A stretch of DNA of 54,609 bases from Prorocentrum cordatum (GCA_963575745.1 CAUYUJ010000224.1:62001-116609), one strand, 5' to 3'. Shown: positions 21,769-34,770, counted from the stretch's first letter. The notes: generated by a model from the sequence alone, not told the origin. Numbers and translations: made by a program.

Positions 21769-22117
21769 TCATCATCATCATCATCATCATCATCCATCAT
21801 CATCATCATCATCCTCATCTCATCATCACCTCATCATCATCATCATCATCATCATCAAGCATCATCATCCGTCGCTGTATCATCATCCATGCATCATCAT
21901 CATCCTCAACATCCAACATCATCCTCTCATCATCTCATCATCATCCATCATCATCATCAAGTCATCTCATCATCATCATCATCATCATCATCATCGTCCG
22001 TCGTCGTCGTCATCATCATCATCAGCAGCAGCAGCATCATCATCATCATCATCAAAATCATCCCCCCAACAAAAAACCCCCCCATCATCGTCATCATCGT
22101 CATCATCGTCAGCATCA

Positions 22118-22152
<35 letters not shown>

Positions 22153-22335
22153 TATCATCATCATCAATCATCACCATCATCAGCAGTCATCATCATCAGC
22201 AGCAGCAGCATCATCATCATCATCATCATCCATCATCATCAGCATCAGCAGCAGCAGCATCAGCAGCAGCAGCATCAGCATCATCATCATCATCAGCATC
22301 ATCAGCATCATCATCATCAGCATCAGCATCATCAG

Positions 22336-22402
<67 letters not shown>

Positions 22403-22491
22403 TTTATCATCATCATCATCATCAGCATCAGCATCAGCATCAGCATCAGCATCATCATCATCATCATCATCATCATCGTCATCATCATCAT
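20915..22491. repeat. Degenerate (GTG/GCT)n, then (CCT)n and (CAT)n microsatellites
   Basis: (CCT)n ~21403-21665; (CAT)n ~21665-22491. Confidence 0.9.
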
Positions 22492-22513
22492 CCCGTCGCA
22501 ATTTGGGCTAAAG
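22492..22513 (+). other. Relic dinoflagellate spliced leader forming the 5' end of a LINE
   Basis: CCCGTCGCAATTTGGGCTAAAG vs DCCGTAGCCATTTTGGCTCAAG: 17 of positions 2-22 match without gaps; sits exactly at the (CAT)n / element junction. Confidence 0.7.
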
Positions 22514-22644
22514 ATGCTTTGTTCCACGGGGGAACACGTGGACACCGCTAGTCCGCGGCCAGTCTTTATCCTTTCCCGTGGTCAGCCCCAGGGCGAGCGT
22601 CGAGATGGTCCGCCCCGCATTGGTGCGTCTCTCCCAGCCCAAGC

Positions 22645-23750
22645 ATGGTGCCGCAGCCGCCAGCGGCCACCGTGCTCCGCGGCCCGCGCAAGCCCCACTG
22701 GAGCTGTGGGCTAAGCGGTCGCACGGAGAACCGGGCTTCCCGCATCCAGTGCCTTTGCGGCCGCCAAGCTCTGTCCCTCATCGTCCCCCGCGCGCACCGG
22801 AAGCACAAGGAGGCCGCAGGAGCGGACGGAGGAGGCCTTCGTGCAGCGCCCAAGAAGCCAGCGGGGAGAGAAGCTGGCATCCCGAAAGAGATGTCCGCCT
22901 GGATGCAGGCAATCGAGCAGCGCCTGGCGCCGCCCGATGCCGCGTGGCCCAAGCCTCGGGGGAAGCCGCCCCCATGGCAGTCTGGCGATGATGCCGGTCC
23001 TTGTGCAGGTGGGAGCGACTCACAGAAGTTGCAGAGCACCAAGATCGGCGAGCGTATCAGCGAACTGGAGGACACCCTCAAGAAGCCCCCTGCAGCTGAC
23101 GAGCGCAACAAGGACCTCCGAGGTCCTATCGAGAAGCAGTTGGAGGAGCTGCGCGCAGAGAGGCGCGCGCTGCTGCCCCCCAGGTCCTGCACCGTCGTGC
23201 GCAGCAGGATCCGCAGCGCGCGAGGCCCAGCCTGGAAAAGATAGAGAAGGAACTGCTCGAGAAGCAAGACCAGCTCACGCAGCTGGCGAAGGGCATCGAG
23301 AACCGCAAGGAGGGGATCGAGGCGAAGAAGCTGGAGATCGTTGCGCCGGACACGGCGTCCAGCGAGTCCGCAGGAAGCGCCACGGGTGACCCAGTCAGCG
23401 TCGGCGCGCTGGACGCCCTCCACATGAACGAGGCCGATGTCGCTGACCAGCCCGAGCTCGTCCAAACCCTCAAGTCTGGGCAGTGGACCAAGCTCAAGAC
23501 GGTGCTTTCGGCCAAGTGTGCTGCTCGGTCTGGCGCTGCTGGCGGTGCCACTGGGGATCCCGCGCGCGCTGCCGGCGAGGACTCGGCCGATGCCGCAGAC
23601 AAGGCGGCCCCTAGCGATGGCGTCGATGCCGTTGAGATGGCGCCGCCCACAGATGAGCAGAAGTTGCGCCTCTTCCGCTTCCGCGAGGAAGGCGGCGTCG
23701 AGGCCTTCACGCTGGCCTTCGACGCCATGTGGTCCGAGGTGGCGGCCTAG
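22645..23750 (+). pseudogene. LINE ORF1 remnant (RanBP2-like zinc finger + coiled coil)
   Basis: ATG 22645; HWSCGLSGRTENRASRIQCLCG; KIGERISELEDTLKK..IEKQLEELRAERRAL; frameshifted; stop at 23750. Confidence 0.6.
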
Positions 23751-23874
23751 CGTGCTCGGCATCAGGTTTGACCATGGCGTTAGATCGGAAAGCCCCGGCG
23801 TGCCATTGCGGCTACCTGGCTCGACGTCGCCACGGATACATGCGCTGGATGCGGGCGTCACTGAGTACTGCTCG

Positions 23875-24205
23875 AGCTCTGGCCCGCTCCTCGGGGAGTG
23901 CGAGCGCGGACCTGGCCCGCTCCTCGGGGGTCCCACTGAGCATCGCCCGAGCACTGGCCCGCTCCTCGGGGTGCCCGGGCAGGGAGCTGGCTCGCTCATC
24001 GGGGCCACCCAGGCCTACTGTGACCTGGCTGCCGACGCCATGGCCGATCAGGGCGGCATTGGTTACTGCTGGGCCCTGGCCCGCTCCTCGGCGAGCTCGA
24101 GCGCGGACCTGGCCCGCTCCTCGGGGGCCCTACTGAGCATCGCTCGAGCACTGGCCCGCTCCTCGGGGTGCTCGGGCAGGGAGCTGGCCCGCTCATGGGG
24201 CTCCC
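23875..24205 (+). repeat. ~197-bp duplication built from ctggcccgctcctcgg motifs between ORF1 and ORF2
   Basis: About 8 copies of ctggc(c/t)cgctc(c/a)t(c/g)gg in two blocks starting ~23879 and ~24076. Confidence 0.75.
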
Positions 24206-24578
24206 CTGGCCGACTGTGGCCAGGCACCGCGGCCGACGTGGGGGTCGCGATGCCCGCGGGCCCGCTGAGTGCCGCGAGCCCTCGCCCGGGGGCTGCCGCC
24301 GGCGCGAAGCGCGGGGGGCGCGCCGCCACTGGAGGGGCAGCGTGGGCGGGGCCCGACCGCCACGAGGGGCGGCGCGATGGCCATAGGGGGGCGGGGAGCA
24401 GCTCTCTGAGCGACCCATGCCCCCCCCCCCCCCCCTTCGAGGCAGGCACAGCCACGCGACCGCCCCATGGATGTCTCGGGCGCTGGATCGCAAAATCCTG
24501 GTGCGCCTCTGCGGCTACCAAGCTCAGCTTTGCCATGCTCTGCTACTGCCCAGGTTCGGGGTGGCGAGTTTCCCGACG

Positions 24579-27500
24579 ATGACGGTCGCCAGCGTGGACC
24601 TCGACGAGGATAATGCGCCTGGCCTGAAGTGCGTGGCCTGGCTGGCCATGGTCGTGCCCCTCCTCTTGGGTCGAGGCCCCCACCTACTGCTGAGTTCAGC
24701 ATCGAGACGTACATCGCCAGTGGTGGCAAGTCATCTGTCAAGCGGAGGCTCGCCAGTACTACGGCGAGCGTTGTCCCCCTGCAGGAGTTCTGGCACGTTG
24801 TCGACCACGCCAAAGCCCTGGGCCCATGGTGCGCTGGCAGAGGGCGGCGCGCGATGGCGCTTCCAAGCTTGCCCACAGTCGGCGCGGCCCCTACGGCAGG
24901 CGTTGCGGCTGCAGTTCGCGACAGCCTTGGCGCCAGGCCCCCAGCCCTTGGGAGTGCACGAGGTGGTCTTAAGCAGGATTCAGCACGTTGTCATCGATGT
25001 ACCAGGCGTGAATTGTGGGCTTCGCGTCTTCTATGTTACCTCGTTACGGGCGAGGGAGCAGGCGGGCGCACTGGCTGCATGTTGCAAGAGCTTGGGCTGG
25101 CAGCTGAGGTCCTGGATGGCCCCGCCATCATTGGTGGTGATTGGAACATGCCGCCAGCGGAGCTTGAAGCCAGCCAGTTCCTTTCTCGCGTTGGTTGCTC
25201 TACGGTGTGCACCACCAAAGGTGCGTTCAGAGGAGGCACTGGCAACTCGGTCATTGATGTCTTCCTCCTCAACTCGGCGGTCGCAAAGATGCACTCCAGA
25301 GTCAGCTGCCACGCCAAGTGGTCCAAACGAGGCCACCGCCCAGTGAAGGTAGCACTGAAAGGCGACGCCGAGCACGTCAAGAAGCTGGTAGACACTGTCG
25401 CGCCTAGGATGCGCACGCAAGCCATTGCCGGCCCTCAGTTGCCGTCGCCGCCGCGGGATGTTGCGCAATGTGTTGCTGGGGCCGCGGCGACGGCCTGCGC
25501 CGATGAGAGCGTCGCCCCCGGTGTTGGCTGAGGTCTACCGTCTTCTGCCTAGGGCCACTTTGCAGCGCGAGCTGCTAAGTCCATCGCGGCCGCAGTCGGC
25601 CACGCGGACTGCAATGCCACAGCCTTTGCACGGCCACTTCGGCCCAGATGGATGAATCTCTGTTACACTAGCAAAGATCAGCCGGACTTGCAGGCGGCCT
25701 CCGAGGTCTGGCAGCGGTTGCGCTCAAGCGGCCTGCACGGCCCTACCCTCAGGACATGGCCCAGCATGCAGGAGAGGTCCTCACGTCCGCCACGACTGTC
25801 TGCCACGGGCTTGGCCTGTCGACGCGGCTCGACCGCCTCGCGCAGCAGGCGCGCGCCCTGGCGCAGGCTGGTTTCAACGAGGAGACCCGCCGCGAGCTCT
25901 TGGACGACATCGAGCCCGACGTCAAGCTCGTACCGAGTGGCGCCTCCAAAGAGGACCACCAGAAGTGGAAGGACTGGCGCGCGATGGCTGTGTCGAGGGG
26001 CGCGCGAGTCCCCCGCCACACTACCAAGTTCCGCCGTGTAGCGCAGCCTACGGTGGTCGGCACCGCTCGCGGGCCGTCTGTCCATGTTCACGACGCAGCG
26101 CGGCATGAGGTTGAGCTGTATAGGAAGTTGAGGTGAAAATCACGTCCTGTGCCAGCGTGGATTCCTGGCCGCTCTGCGCTGCAGAGGACGACTGCCACAG
26201 ATATCCGCGCCGTCGCTCAGTCGTTTTCTTCTACTACCACTGCTGCGCCTGATAACTCCCACCCCCGCCATCTCCAGTCGTTGGGCGGTCAGGCGCTTGA
26301 GGTAGTAGGTTTGCTCTTTTCAGCGGTGGAGCCACCTGGCCCCCCGCCAAGACAGCTACGTTGGCTCGTCACCCCCATGCTCCCCGAGACGTCGGGCACG
26401 GGCAATCGGCCGGTGGTGCTCCATGCTGGGCTCTTCCGAATCTGGCGGCCGAAGGTGAGGCGGACCAGCGGCAGGCTTATCACGGCACGCTGGTCGTGGC
26501 TGACTCCAGCAAGGACTGCGAACAGATTCCTCTGGACAGGATACGGGGCGAGTTCCTCAGTTTCCACGCGCCGACGTCCTTCTTCAAGTTAATGTACAAT
26601 ATGTGGCGCTCATCACGGGTCTTGCGTCTCAGCGGTCACCATGCGGGCGAGCCGCTTTGTGCAGCTCGTGGTCTCCCTGCGGGTGACGCGTTCAGCGATG
26701 TTGCGGTCAAAATTTGGCACGTTCGTGGGTGCGATAATTTTCTGGGCAGGCAGCCGTACATACAGCTTGTCAGCAACATAGATGACACTTCCATCCGCGT
26801 GGTACCCACTGCTGTTTGCACCGCCCCCTCCATGATGGTGGCGGCCATGGTTGACTTCAGGCGCGCTGTGGATGTGCTTGATGAGGTTGTCAACGACAAG
26901 CTCGTGATTGCGGGTACCAGCCTCTCTCTCGCGCAGGACATCGCGAGCGCGCTCGGGCCCCCAGCTTCAGATGCCCGGCGCAGCGCTGTCTACGTCGGGG
27001 TCGACGTCAATGAGGGCCGACGCCGCAAGGAGAAGGGCGCGCTCAGCAAGCGGGCGAGGCGTCGTCCGCACATAGTGAAGCGCACGTGGAAGCCCAAGCG
27101 CTTCGGCAAGGTCATCACTCGCCACAAGGCCAAGTCCATCGGCGCAGTCATCCGCGCTGATGCCATGGCCGAGGCCTACGGAAGCGAGGTCGTCGGCCTC
27201 AGCAACGCGGAGTGGCTCCAGTGCCGTCGGGACGTGACGCGAGGCCAGCTCCCCGCGCATGGCAATGAGAGCCTCGCCAGCAAAGCCGCGCTGCATGGCG
27301 TTGGGCAGGGGCGTCAGCCATCGCGCCTGCGATCCAGTGGTGCAGGATGCTGTGGCAGGCCGAGGCATGCAACCACCCGCCGGCCACTCGCGCGCGGCTG
27401 CTTCGGCTTTGGCGCGACGCCAAGCCCTGTGAGGCCAAGGACTGGCCTTTCAGTCGCGGGCCGCTTTCTCGCGCTGTCCTTGCCGTGCGCCGTGCTGGGT

Positions 27501-29380
27501 GGCGCGCGCTCTCTGCGACTAGCTGGATGGACCACAGGGGTTCCGCCATAGATGTCTGTCGCACGCACCCATGGTACGCTGCATGTCATCATGTTAACAG
27601 GAATTCACAGGCAACACGAGCTTTTCTTAGCCGCGCAGCTGGCGGCCCCACAAGGATCGAGGGCCTCGCTCGACGTCGTTCGATCCGTCCTCGGGGCTCG
27701 GTCGCATCGGTTTTCTGGTCTCGCGAGGATCTTAATCGGGAGCTGCTCTTGCCGCAGAGTCTGGACCATAGCCCGTGTCCAAGCTGCTGGCTACCTCTGC
27801 GACAGTCTCTGTGCGTGTGGTCAATGGCAGACTCTCAAGCATCGCTTGCACGAGTGCACCCTGCCTGGCGTAGTTGCCGCTCGTGCCGAGTCCAAGGTCA
27901 GTGCGATGTTGTTGCAGGCTGGCCTCGAGTCAAATGATCCAATATGTGTGCAAGGAGCCTTTGTGCATGATGAAAAGACAGCGCCGCCCCCGTCCTGCAC
28001 AAACCAGGTGGTCCCCGAAGGCCCCCAAGGGGAGGCTTTAGACGTGGAGGTAGAAGGTGTTGCATCGCTCGCCCAGGGGGCGCGACTTGATGTCGCTCCC
28101 GATGGATCGTGCGCGCGACCAGGGTTGCTGTAGCTGGAGCGTGCATCCTGGTCAGTTGCTGTTTTCCCCCTGCATCAGGCGTGCCCGTCGCGATAATGCG
28201 CGGGCCTGTGGCTGCATACCTCCCTCAAACGCCGAGCATCGCCGAAAGCGTTGTTCCCTGCTTGATTGGTCAGATCGCCGACCGCGAGACCCTGGTTGGC
28301 AGTGGCTGCGTTTCGGCGATCCACCGTTTCCAGCAGCCTGTGTCCAATCAGCTGCGTGCGTCCAACCAGGCGGCAGGTATCCTCAAATTCGGTCGTGGCC
28401 TCGAGGGCCACCGTTTCGTCCCAGTGCGCCGAGAGAAGGCTCACCGTTCGCAGGAGCAGATCGGGAGTCTCGGCGCCGAGGCGCGCCAGTGGGCGGACCC
28501 CAACAGGACTGCTGGTCATCATGCCAAGCTGGCCTCCAGCTTCCACCCCTCCCACGCACCAGAATGTGTGGCGTCGCCCGATCTCGCGAGGAGTCGGGCT
28601 GCCGATGTTGTTGCTCTGGCTGGCGCTGTCCTCCCATGTTTCCTCGATGACAGCCCCCAGCGCTGGCGTCGGCCTGCGGTGCCGAGACGCACAACTAACT
28701 TTCGGGGGGAGGGGTGGCACTCGTAGGGGTTGAGCGAACTGGGTTGGCAACGTGTTTTTTGCTTCAAGGTTGCGCCCTCGTGCCGCAATCTGCCGATAAA
28801 TGGTTGTCTTGGGACCCCGTCGTTCCTGAAGCCCCTCACGGAAGACCCTCTCGGGCACCAGCTGGTTGCCGTGTCGGGTTCGCGCCTCGCTCCCCTGCGC
28901 GCCGTGCAGCGCAGTGCCGAGAATAAGGAGGCTGGGCGTGGTTCCCTGCTGTGTGTGAAGTGCGGGGGGCGGAGTCAGGAGAAAGCCATCAAGCTGGCCA
29001 GAGCCTGTGCCCCCCCCGACACGCACAGGGCAGATGTTTTTGCCCCGTGTTCGGCGGAGGTTGGCCCCCAACCAGCGGATCCGTGCGTTGATCGAGCGGG
29101 CCATCCCCGCCCCTCGCGTCGGAGTGTCGGTCACGTCCGCTCGGGACGTTGTGGCCAGGACCACCGTCGCCAGCAGTGCCAGATATGCGGTGGACAGCGA
29201 TGTCCCGTGTGAAGCTTGATTGGCCCGCCTCCACAAGCGAGTCCGAGCTCGTGAAGAGGCCCGTCGGAGGACCTAGTGGGGCGGCGTGCACCTGTCGCAA
29301 ATTCTTCTTCGATGGTGCACCCCCCAATTTTGCATCGGGCTGGCCCCCTCCTCCCTGGACGTCCCTGGGAGCCGTTCATC
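24579..29380 (+). pseudogene. LINE ORF2 remnant: AP endonuclease, reverse transcriptase, zinc finger, RNase H
   Basis: APE: VVPLQEF, AGVAAAVR, IIGGDWNMPP, VIDVFL. RT: APDNSHPRHL, GNRPVVL..LFRIW, RGLPAGDAFS, SNIDDTS (YxDD mutated). ZnF: CACGQWQTLKHRLHEC. RNase H: APDGSC, GPVAAYLPQTPSIAE, EKAH, PNRTAGHHAK. Many stops and frameshifts. Confidence 0.85.
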
Positions 29381-29384
29381 TAAT

Positions 29385-29545
29385 CTCCTCCTCCTCCTCT
29401 TCCTCCTCCTCCTCCTCCTCCTCCTCCTCCTCCTCCTCCTCTTCCTCCTCCTCCTCCTCCCTCCTCCTCCTCCTCCTCCTCCTCCTCCTCCTCCTCCTCC
29501 TCCTCCTCCTCCTCCTCCTCCTCTTCTTCATATTATGATTCTTCC

Positions 29546-29578
<33 letters not shown>

Positions 29579-29630
29579 TCCTCCTCCTCCTGCTCCTCCT
29601 CCTCCTCCTCCTCCTCCTCCTCCTCCTCCC
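29385..29630. repeat. (CCT)n microsatellite at the LINE 3' end
   Basis: Directly visible. Confidence 0.95.
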
Positions 29631-29845
29631 AACCCTTGCACCCACACCCTTTTCCGACGGGAGCGCACGAGCGATCCTGCGCGCTGCGCGGAGTCGTCCA
29701 AAAGGCCGAAGGGGAGCGCATGTCTGTCGCGAGGCAGGCAGGACTGATTCCCCAGGCGCCTGCACCCTTCCTTTTGCGTTCCCTCCCACCCCCCCATCGT
29801 TCCTGCCAGTGTGTGGGAGCGGGGCACGCAGATGCGTTTGCTTAC

Positions 29846-30321
29846 CCTCTTCGCTCCTCGCCCTCTGCCGCAGCTTCCGCCTCGAGCGCCGCCAGCTCGG
29901 CGGCCGCTGCTCGGGCGCGCTGGTCGGCAGCGCAGGCTCGCGCCTGTGCCTCCTCCGCCTCCGCGCGCAGCCTGGCCGCCGCCGCCACCGCCGCGTCGCG
30001 GCGCCCTCGCGCAGCTGCCAGGCCGCCAGCCCCAGCGCCGCGTGCCGAGGCCACGAGGTCGGCAAAGTCCACAGCCGCGACCTCGGCACGTGGCGGCTCC
30101 TCGCCCGGCCCCGCCTGCTCGGCAGGGAGGGGCGCCGCGTGGTCGGCACCCGCAGCGGGCAGCCTGGCCTCGAGGCCGCGGACGGCGGCCACGAGCGCGT
30201 CGAGCCGATCGGTGGCCCTGCGCCACTCGCGGGCGGCCTCCCTGCCGACGTGCTCGGCGGCCGCCTCCCTCGCGTGCGCCCGCCGCACCAGCGAGCCGAG
30301 AAGGTGCAGGGCGTTCTCCAC
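29846..30321 (-). CDS. Probable internal exon of a host gene (Ala/Glu/Arg-rich coiled coil)
   Basis: Open frame VENALHLLGSLVRR..AAAAELAALEAEAAAEGEERR; pyrimidine tract plus CAGAG|G acceptor; G|GTAAGC donor at 29845. Confidence 0.5.
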
Positions 30322-30450
30322 CTCTGAGGGGCAGCGATAAGAGAGGGGGGATAGGCACACACCCCTGCTTAGAGTCCAAAAAAATCGGAGATTGGAAGAT
30401 AAACTTCACGCTAATCGTTTTCTGAGGCGGTGGCCCAGGTCCAGATATAC

Positions 30451-31520
30451 GAGAGAGCGTGATCCACCGCCGCTTTACTGTGGAAAATTGCCGCCCTTTT
30501 CCTCCGGAACCCGGGGGTCCCCCCCCCCTCCGAAAATCCCCCCCCCCTGCTGGACCCCCCCCCCCTCTCCCCCGGCAAAACACCCCCCCCCTCCCCTCCC
30601 CCCCCCCCTCCCACTCTCGAAAACCGGGGGGTCACTACCGGTTCGAACTCCCACCCCTTCCCTCGAAAGCCGGGAGGGGGGGTTCACTACCGGTCCTCCC
30701 CACCCACCCCCTCTCACCGCCAGCAAACGACTCCCGGTCCCTACCACCGTCCTCACCACATCCCCCATTGTTGTTTCCAGCACCACTCACCACCAGTCCC
30801 CACTGGTTCCACCACCGCCCCTACTGTCCCCACCAGTGCCACCACCACTGTCGCACTGTCCCCACTATCCCCACCACTGTTCCCACCACGGTTCCACTCT
30901 CCCAATTTTCTCCACGGCCCCAACCACTGCCCGACTATCCCCACTGTCCCCACTGTCCCACTGACTCTTCCGCTGTCCTACTGAGCTGTCCCACTGTTCC
31001 CACCACTGTCCCCACTGTCCCCACCACTGTCCCCACTGTACCTCTGTCCCATTGTCCCACCGCCGTCCTCGCCACCGCCTTCACCACTGTCCCCACCACT
31101 GTACCCTCCACTGTCCTACTGTTTCCACCACATTCCCACTGTCCCCACACCACTGTCCCCACCACCACCGTCCCCACCACTGTCCCACTGTCCCCACTGT
31201 TCCCACCATTGTCCTCACCATTGTCCCCACCACTACCGTCCCCACCACTGTCCCACTGTCCCCACCACTGTCCCGCTGTCCCCTCACCACTGTCCCCACC
31301 ACCACCGTCCCCACCACTGTCCGCACCCCCCCTTGGTTTTCGAGGGGGGGGGGTTCGAACCGGTAGTGACCCCCCCGGTTTTCGACTTCGAGGGGGAGGG
31401 GGATGGGTTCGAACCGGTAGTGACCCCCCTCGGTTTTCCGGAGGGGGGGGGGGAAGGGGTTCGAACCGGTAGTCACCCCCCCCCTGGTTTTCCGCCAGCA
31501 GCGGTAGAACACGCTCTTTC
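30451..31520. mobile_element. Non-autonomous TIR DNA transposon (1070 bp) with target-site duplication
   Basis: 24-bp TIRs match 20/24 (gagagagcgtgatccaccgccgct / rc gaaagagcgtgttctaccgctgct). AGATATAC duplicated at 30443-30450 and 31521-31528. Subterminal gtcactaccggttcgaac motifs are inverted at the two ends; central ccactgtcccca minisatellite. Confidence 0.85.
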
Positions 31521-31834
31521 AGATATACGAACACTCTACGAAGAAAGGAGGCTCCAAGAGAACGTCCAGGGTCCAGTCCAGATTCTTGATTTTCTTGAGC
31601 GAAATCTGGAGCCCATTAAAGTTGCTGTTTTTCTTCAGATGTCTGATGGGTGTAGGGGAGCCATCGACCTGGAATCGGCGATGCATCGTCGATTGATCGG
31701 CGGTTGAACCCAGATGGCAAGTCCGCAGCTTCCTGGGCGGGGTGGGGCCATCAGACCCCCCGTCGGTGACGAATGGGCCACTGGGGGGCGATGCATCCCC
31801 CTGTGCCTTTTCCCCACCCGATCGTTGCCCCCGA

Positions 31835-32960
31835 ACCTCCTCCGCGCCCACCCCGTGCTGCAGCGCCCCGGCCAGGGCCCTGCACACCTCCTCCGGCCGC
31901 TGCTTCCGCGCGGCCTCCGCCAGCTCGAACCGCGCTGCAGCGCGCGGATCCTGCACCGCCACCGCCACCGCAGCCCCTGCGTGCTTCCCCCCCGCCGCTG
32001 GCGCGGCCGCGCCACACCGCGCGCCCCAGTCCACACCTCTCGGAGCAGGGCGAGCTGCGGCAACGGCAGCTCAAGCGCACATGTTCACGGGCTGCGCCCA
32101 GCTGTGGCGACGAGGAGGCTCCTCGAAGGCAAACTGCCGTCGCCTCAGCTCGCCCTCCTCTGACGCTCGGGGCGACCCCGCGCCTGAGGCCGCCTCCGCC
32201 GCGAGGGCGGCGGGCGGCGGCGGCAGCGACGCCCGGCGCTCGGGCGGCGGCGGCGGCGCGGGCGCGGGGCAGGCCGAAGGCGAGTCGCCGCGGCGTGCCG
32301 CAAGAAGCGCTGCGGAGCGCCGGCGCCCCGAGCCGCTCCGCCGCCGCTCCCCCCGCGGGTCGCCGACGAGGGCGAGGGCCTCCCCGGCAGGCGGCTCCGC
32401 CGAGCCGAGCGAGCGGGCGGCGCCCTCCTCCCCCGAGGCCGCCGCGGCCGCGCGGGCCCTGCGGGACCCGTGGCCGGCGAGCGCCCGCTGGTGCCGCGCC
32501 GCGGCGGAGCCGCCGTCGGCCACCGCGGGACCGCTCTCCTCCCCGGACGCGTCGGCGCCAGCGGCGTCGGGCCGCTCGCGGCCGCTGCGCCTCCGCTCCC
32601 ACCTCGGTCACACGCAAGAGTGACCCTATAGGCAAGAGTGACCTCTGTTGCGCGGCTTCAGAACACCGCGGGAGGCCCAAATCTCTGGCGAAGGGCCACT
32701 CTTACGCGCAGCCGGCCACCGCGCGTCGAGGCCGTCCGCCGCCGCGCCAGGCTTCTTCCCCATCGGCGAGGGGCAACGGGCTGCCAGCGCTGGGCAGCAG
32801 CCTCGGCAGAGGCTGCCTCTGCCGTGAGGCCGCTCGCAGGCCCAGCCAAGGCGGGCGCCAGCCGCGGCCTCCAGCCTCGGCCGCCAGGTCTAGCTTCGGC
32901 TCGATCCGCAGCTTCGGCTCGATCTGCAGCTCCAAACTCTGGCTCGATCTCCAGCTGCAG
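31835..32960 (-). CDS. Possible further minus-strand host exons (low-complexity Ala/Pro/Arg-rich); boundaries uncertain
   Basis: Very GC-rich frames such as AAARFELAEAARKQRPEEVCRALAGALQHG and RASEEGELRRRQFAFEEPPRRHSWAQP; a ctttcctgcag acceptor-like site at ~32957. Confidence 0.25.
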
Positions 32961-34624
32961 GAAAGATGGGAGGACAGGGACGCCTCACCGCGCCGAGTCG
33001 CTGGGCCAGAATGGTTGCGAACCTTCCTCCTCCTCCTCCTCCTCCTCCTCCTCGCCCTCCTCCTCCTCCTCCTCCTCCTCCTCCTCCNNNNNNNNNNNNN
33101 NNNNNNNNNNNNNNNNNNNNNNNNNNNNNNNNNNNNNNNNNNNNNNNNNNNNNNNNNNNNNNNNNNNNNNNNNNNNNNNNNNNNNNNCTCCTCCTCCTCC
33201 TCCTCCTCCTCCTCCTCCTCCTCCTCCTCCTCCTCCTCCTCCGCTCCCCGCCCTGGACAGCGGCGCGCGCATGCGCGGCTCTCTCCGCCACCCCCCGCCC
33301 GCGCTCTCCGAGGGCCACGCGGGCAGCAGCTCGGCTCCGCGCCGCAGCGTGAAGGAGCGAGCCAGGAGCCCCACCTCCGAAGAGGGCAGTGCCCAAGGGG
33401 GGGGGCATCCAGGAGGGGGTCTCGCTACAGTAGGAGCCCGACCACGAAAAATCTTCCACGAGAAACCCAACCCTGAGACCCCAGGACGTCCTTTGATTTT
33501 TGGTGTGGGAGCGTCACGCTTTCCATAGCAGAACCATCGAAACCCAAGAAACCCAGGGCACCCTGGAGGCAAGCAGGGTGCTTCTTGGCATGGGCCCCTA
33601 CGGTAGCTGCATCAGAGGCCCAGACCCCCACGCGTCGCGGAAAGAAGCGCGACGAGCGGTGCTGCCAAAATTTCCACCTCTGGGGAACCTGGCCGGGCCT
33701 CGGCGCCGTCAAAAAGCGGCTCGGGGTGAAAAACTGGTACGTCATCACGACGTCGGAGGTCTGGGCAAACCTATCCTCAGATCCAGGCGTCGCCAGAAAA
33801 TCGCGACGGTCAAGATTCTGCCGTTTTCGGACTCTGGAGACCTTTACTTGGTCCAAGAACCGTCGAACAACTACTCAGGATGAAAAACCAGCACGTGAAA
33901 TGTGGTCGAGATCCATGGGGGTCAACGTCACGAAAAAATCCAACACTGCAGGAGAGGGTCCACGAAACGAACCTCCCTGGACCGTCCAGGCAAGTCCCCC
34001 AGGACCCCCCAAGGAACCCAGAAACGCCCAGAACTTCTTCGATCCTCGACCCCATTTCCTCGGCCCTCGACTTCCAGGAGGAGGCGGTGGTCCCCCTGCT
34101 GGTAACCCGCTGCCCCCCTGGTATCCGCCAGTCCGACTCTTCAACCCGCGGCCGCAGAGATCCCCGGGGACCGCATCCCTGGGGGTAGTTTCCTGTCCTG
34201 GAGACGCTTTGGTGGCCTGTGGGGCCCGGAAACGGTGCCGTGGGGGGCCGAGACCGAGGTCGGGGATCTTCTGACCCGGGTCAATCCAGACCCGGGTCAG
34301 CAGGAAACCAAAAACTGCATGCAGGACAAAAAAACTGCAGCGCAGGTCTTCGCAAACCCGGGTCGGCCCATAGGCGCGGCCGCCTCGCGGCCACGAGCGG
34401 CTCCCTGACCCGGGTCAGCCAGAGGGGGTCTTCGCAGGATCCTGCAGGATCCGGTGCCCAGGCTGACCCCCGCCTGCACTGACCCCCGCCTCGAGGCTCC
34501 CGACGAGGAAGAGCGGTGGCGCGGCCCGGGGGGGGGGGACGCGCGAGGGGGCGGGCCCTGCTCAGGAGGCCCGGAAGGCTGCGGGCCTTCTGAGCGGAAA
34601 ACTCCGCAGAAGGCGAGGAGCAGA

Positions 34625-34770
34625 AGGAGGAGGAGGAGGAGGAGGAGGAGGAGGAGGATGAGGAGGAGGAGGAGGAGGAGGAGGAGGAGGGGTAGGAGGA
34701 GGAGGAGGGGGAGGAGGAGGAGGAGGAGGAGGAGGAGGAGGAGGAGGAGGAGGAGGAGGAGGAGGAGAGG
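34625..34770. repeat. (GGA)n microsatellite
   Basis: Directly visible. Confidence 0.95.

Larger units (their letters stand above)
22492..29384 (+). mobile_element. Near-full-length decayed APE-type LINE (ORF1 + APE-RT-ZnF-RNase H), ~6.9 kb, followed by (CCT)n
   Basis: Ordered domain remnants across frames (see ORF1 and ORF2 entries); bounded by (CAT)n on the left and (CCT)n 29385-29630 on the right. Confidence 0.85.

Noticed and set aside
18551..22714. Poly-H/S/I/M/P ORFs; likewise poly-T/Y/L/V ORFs at 6174-6960 and 38757-41616
   Set aside because: Translations of trinucleotide microsatellites.
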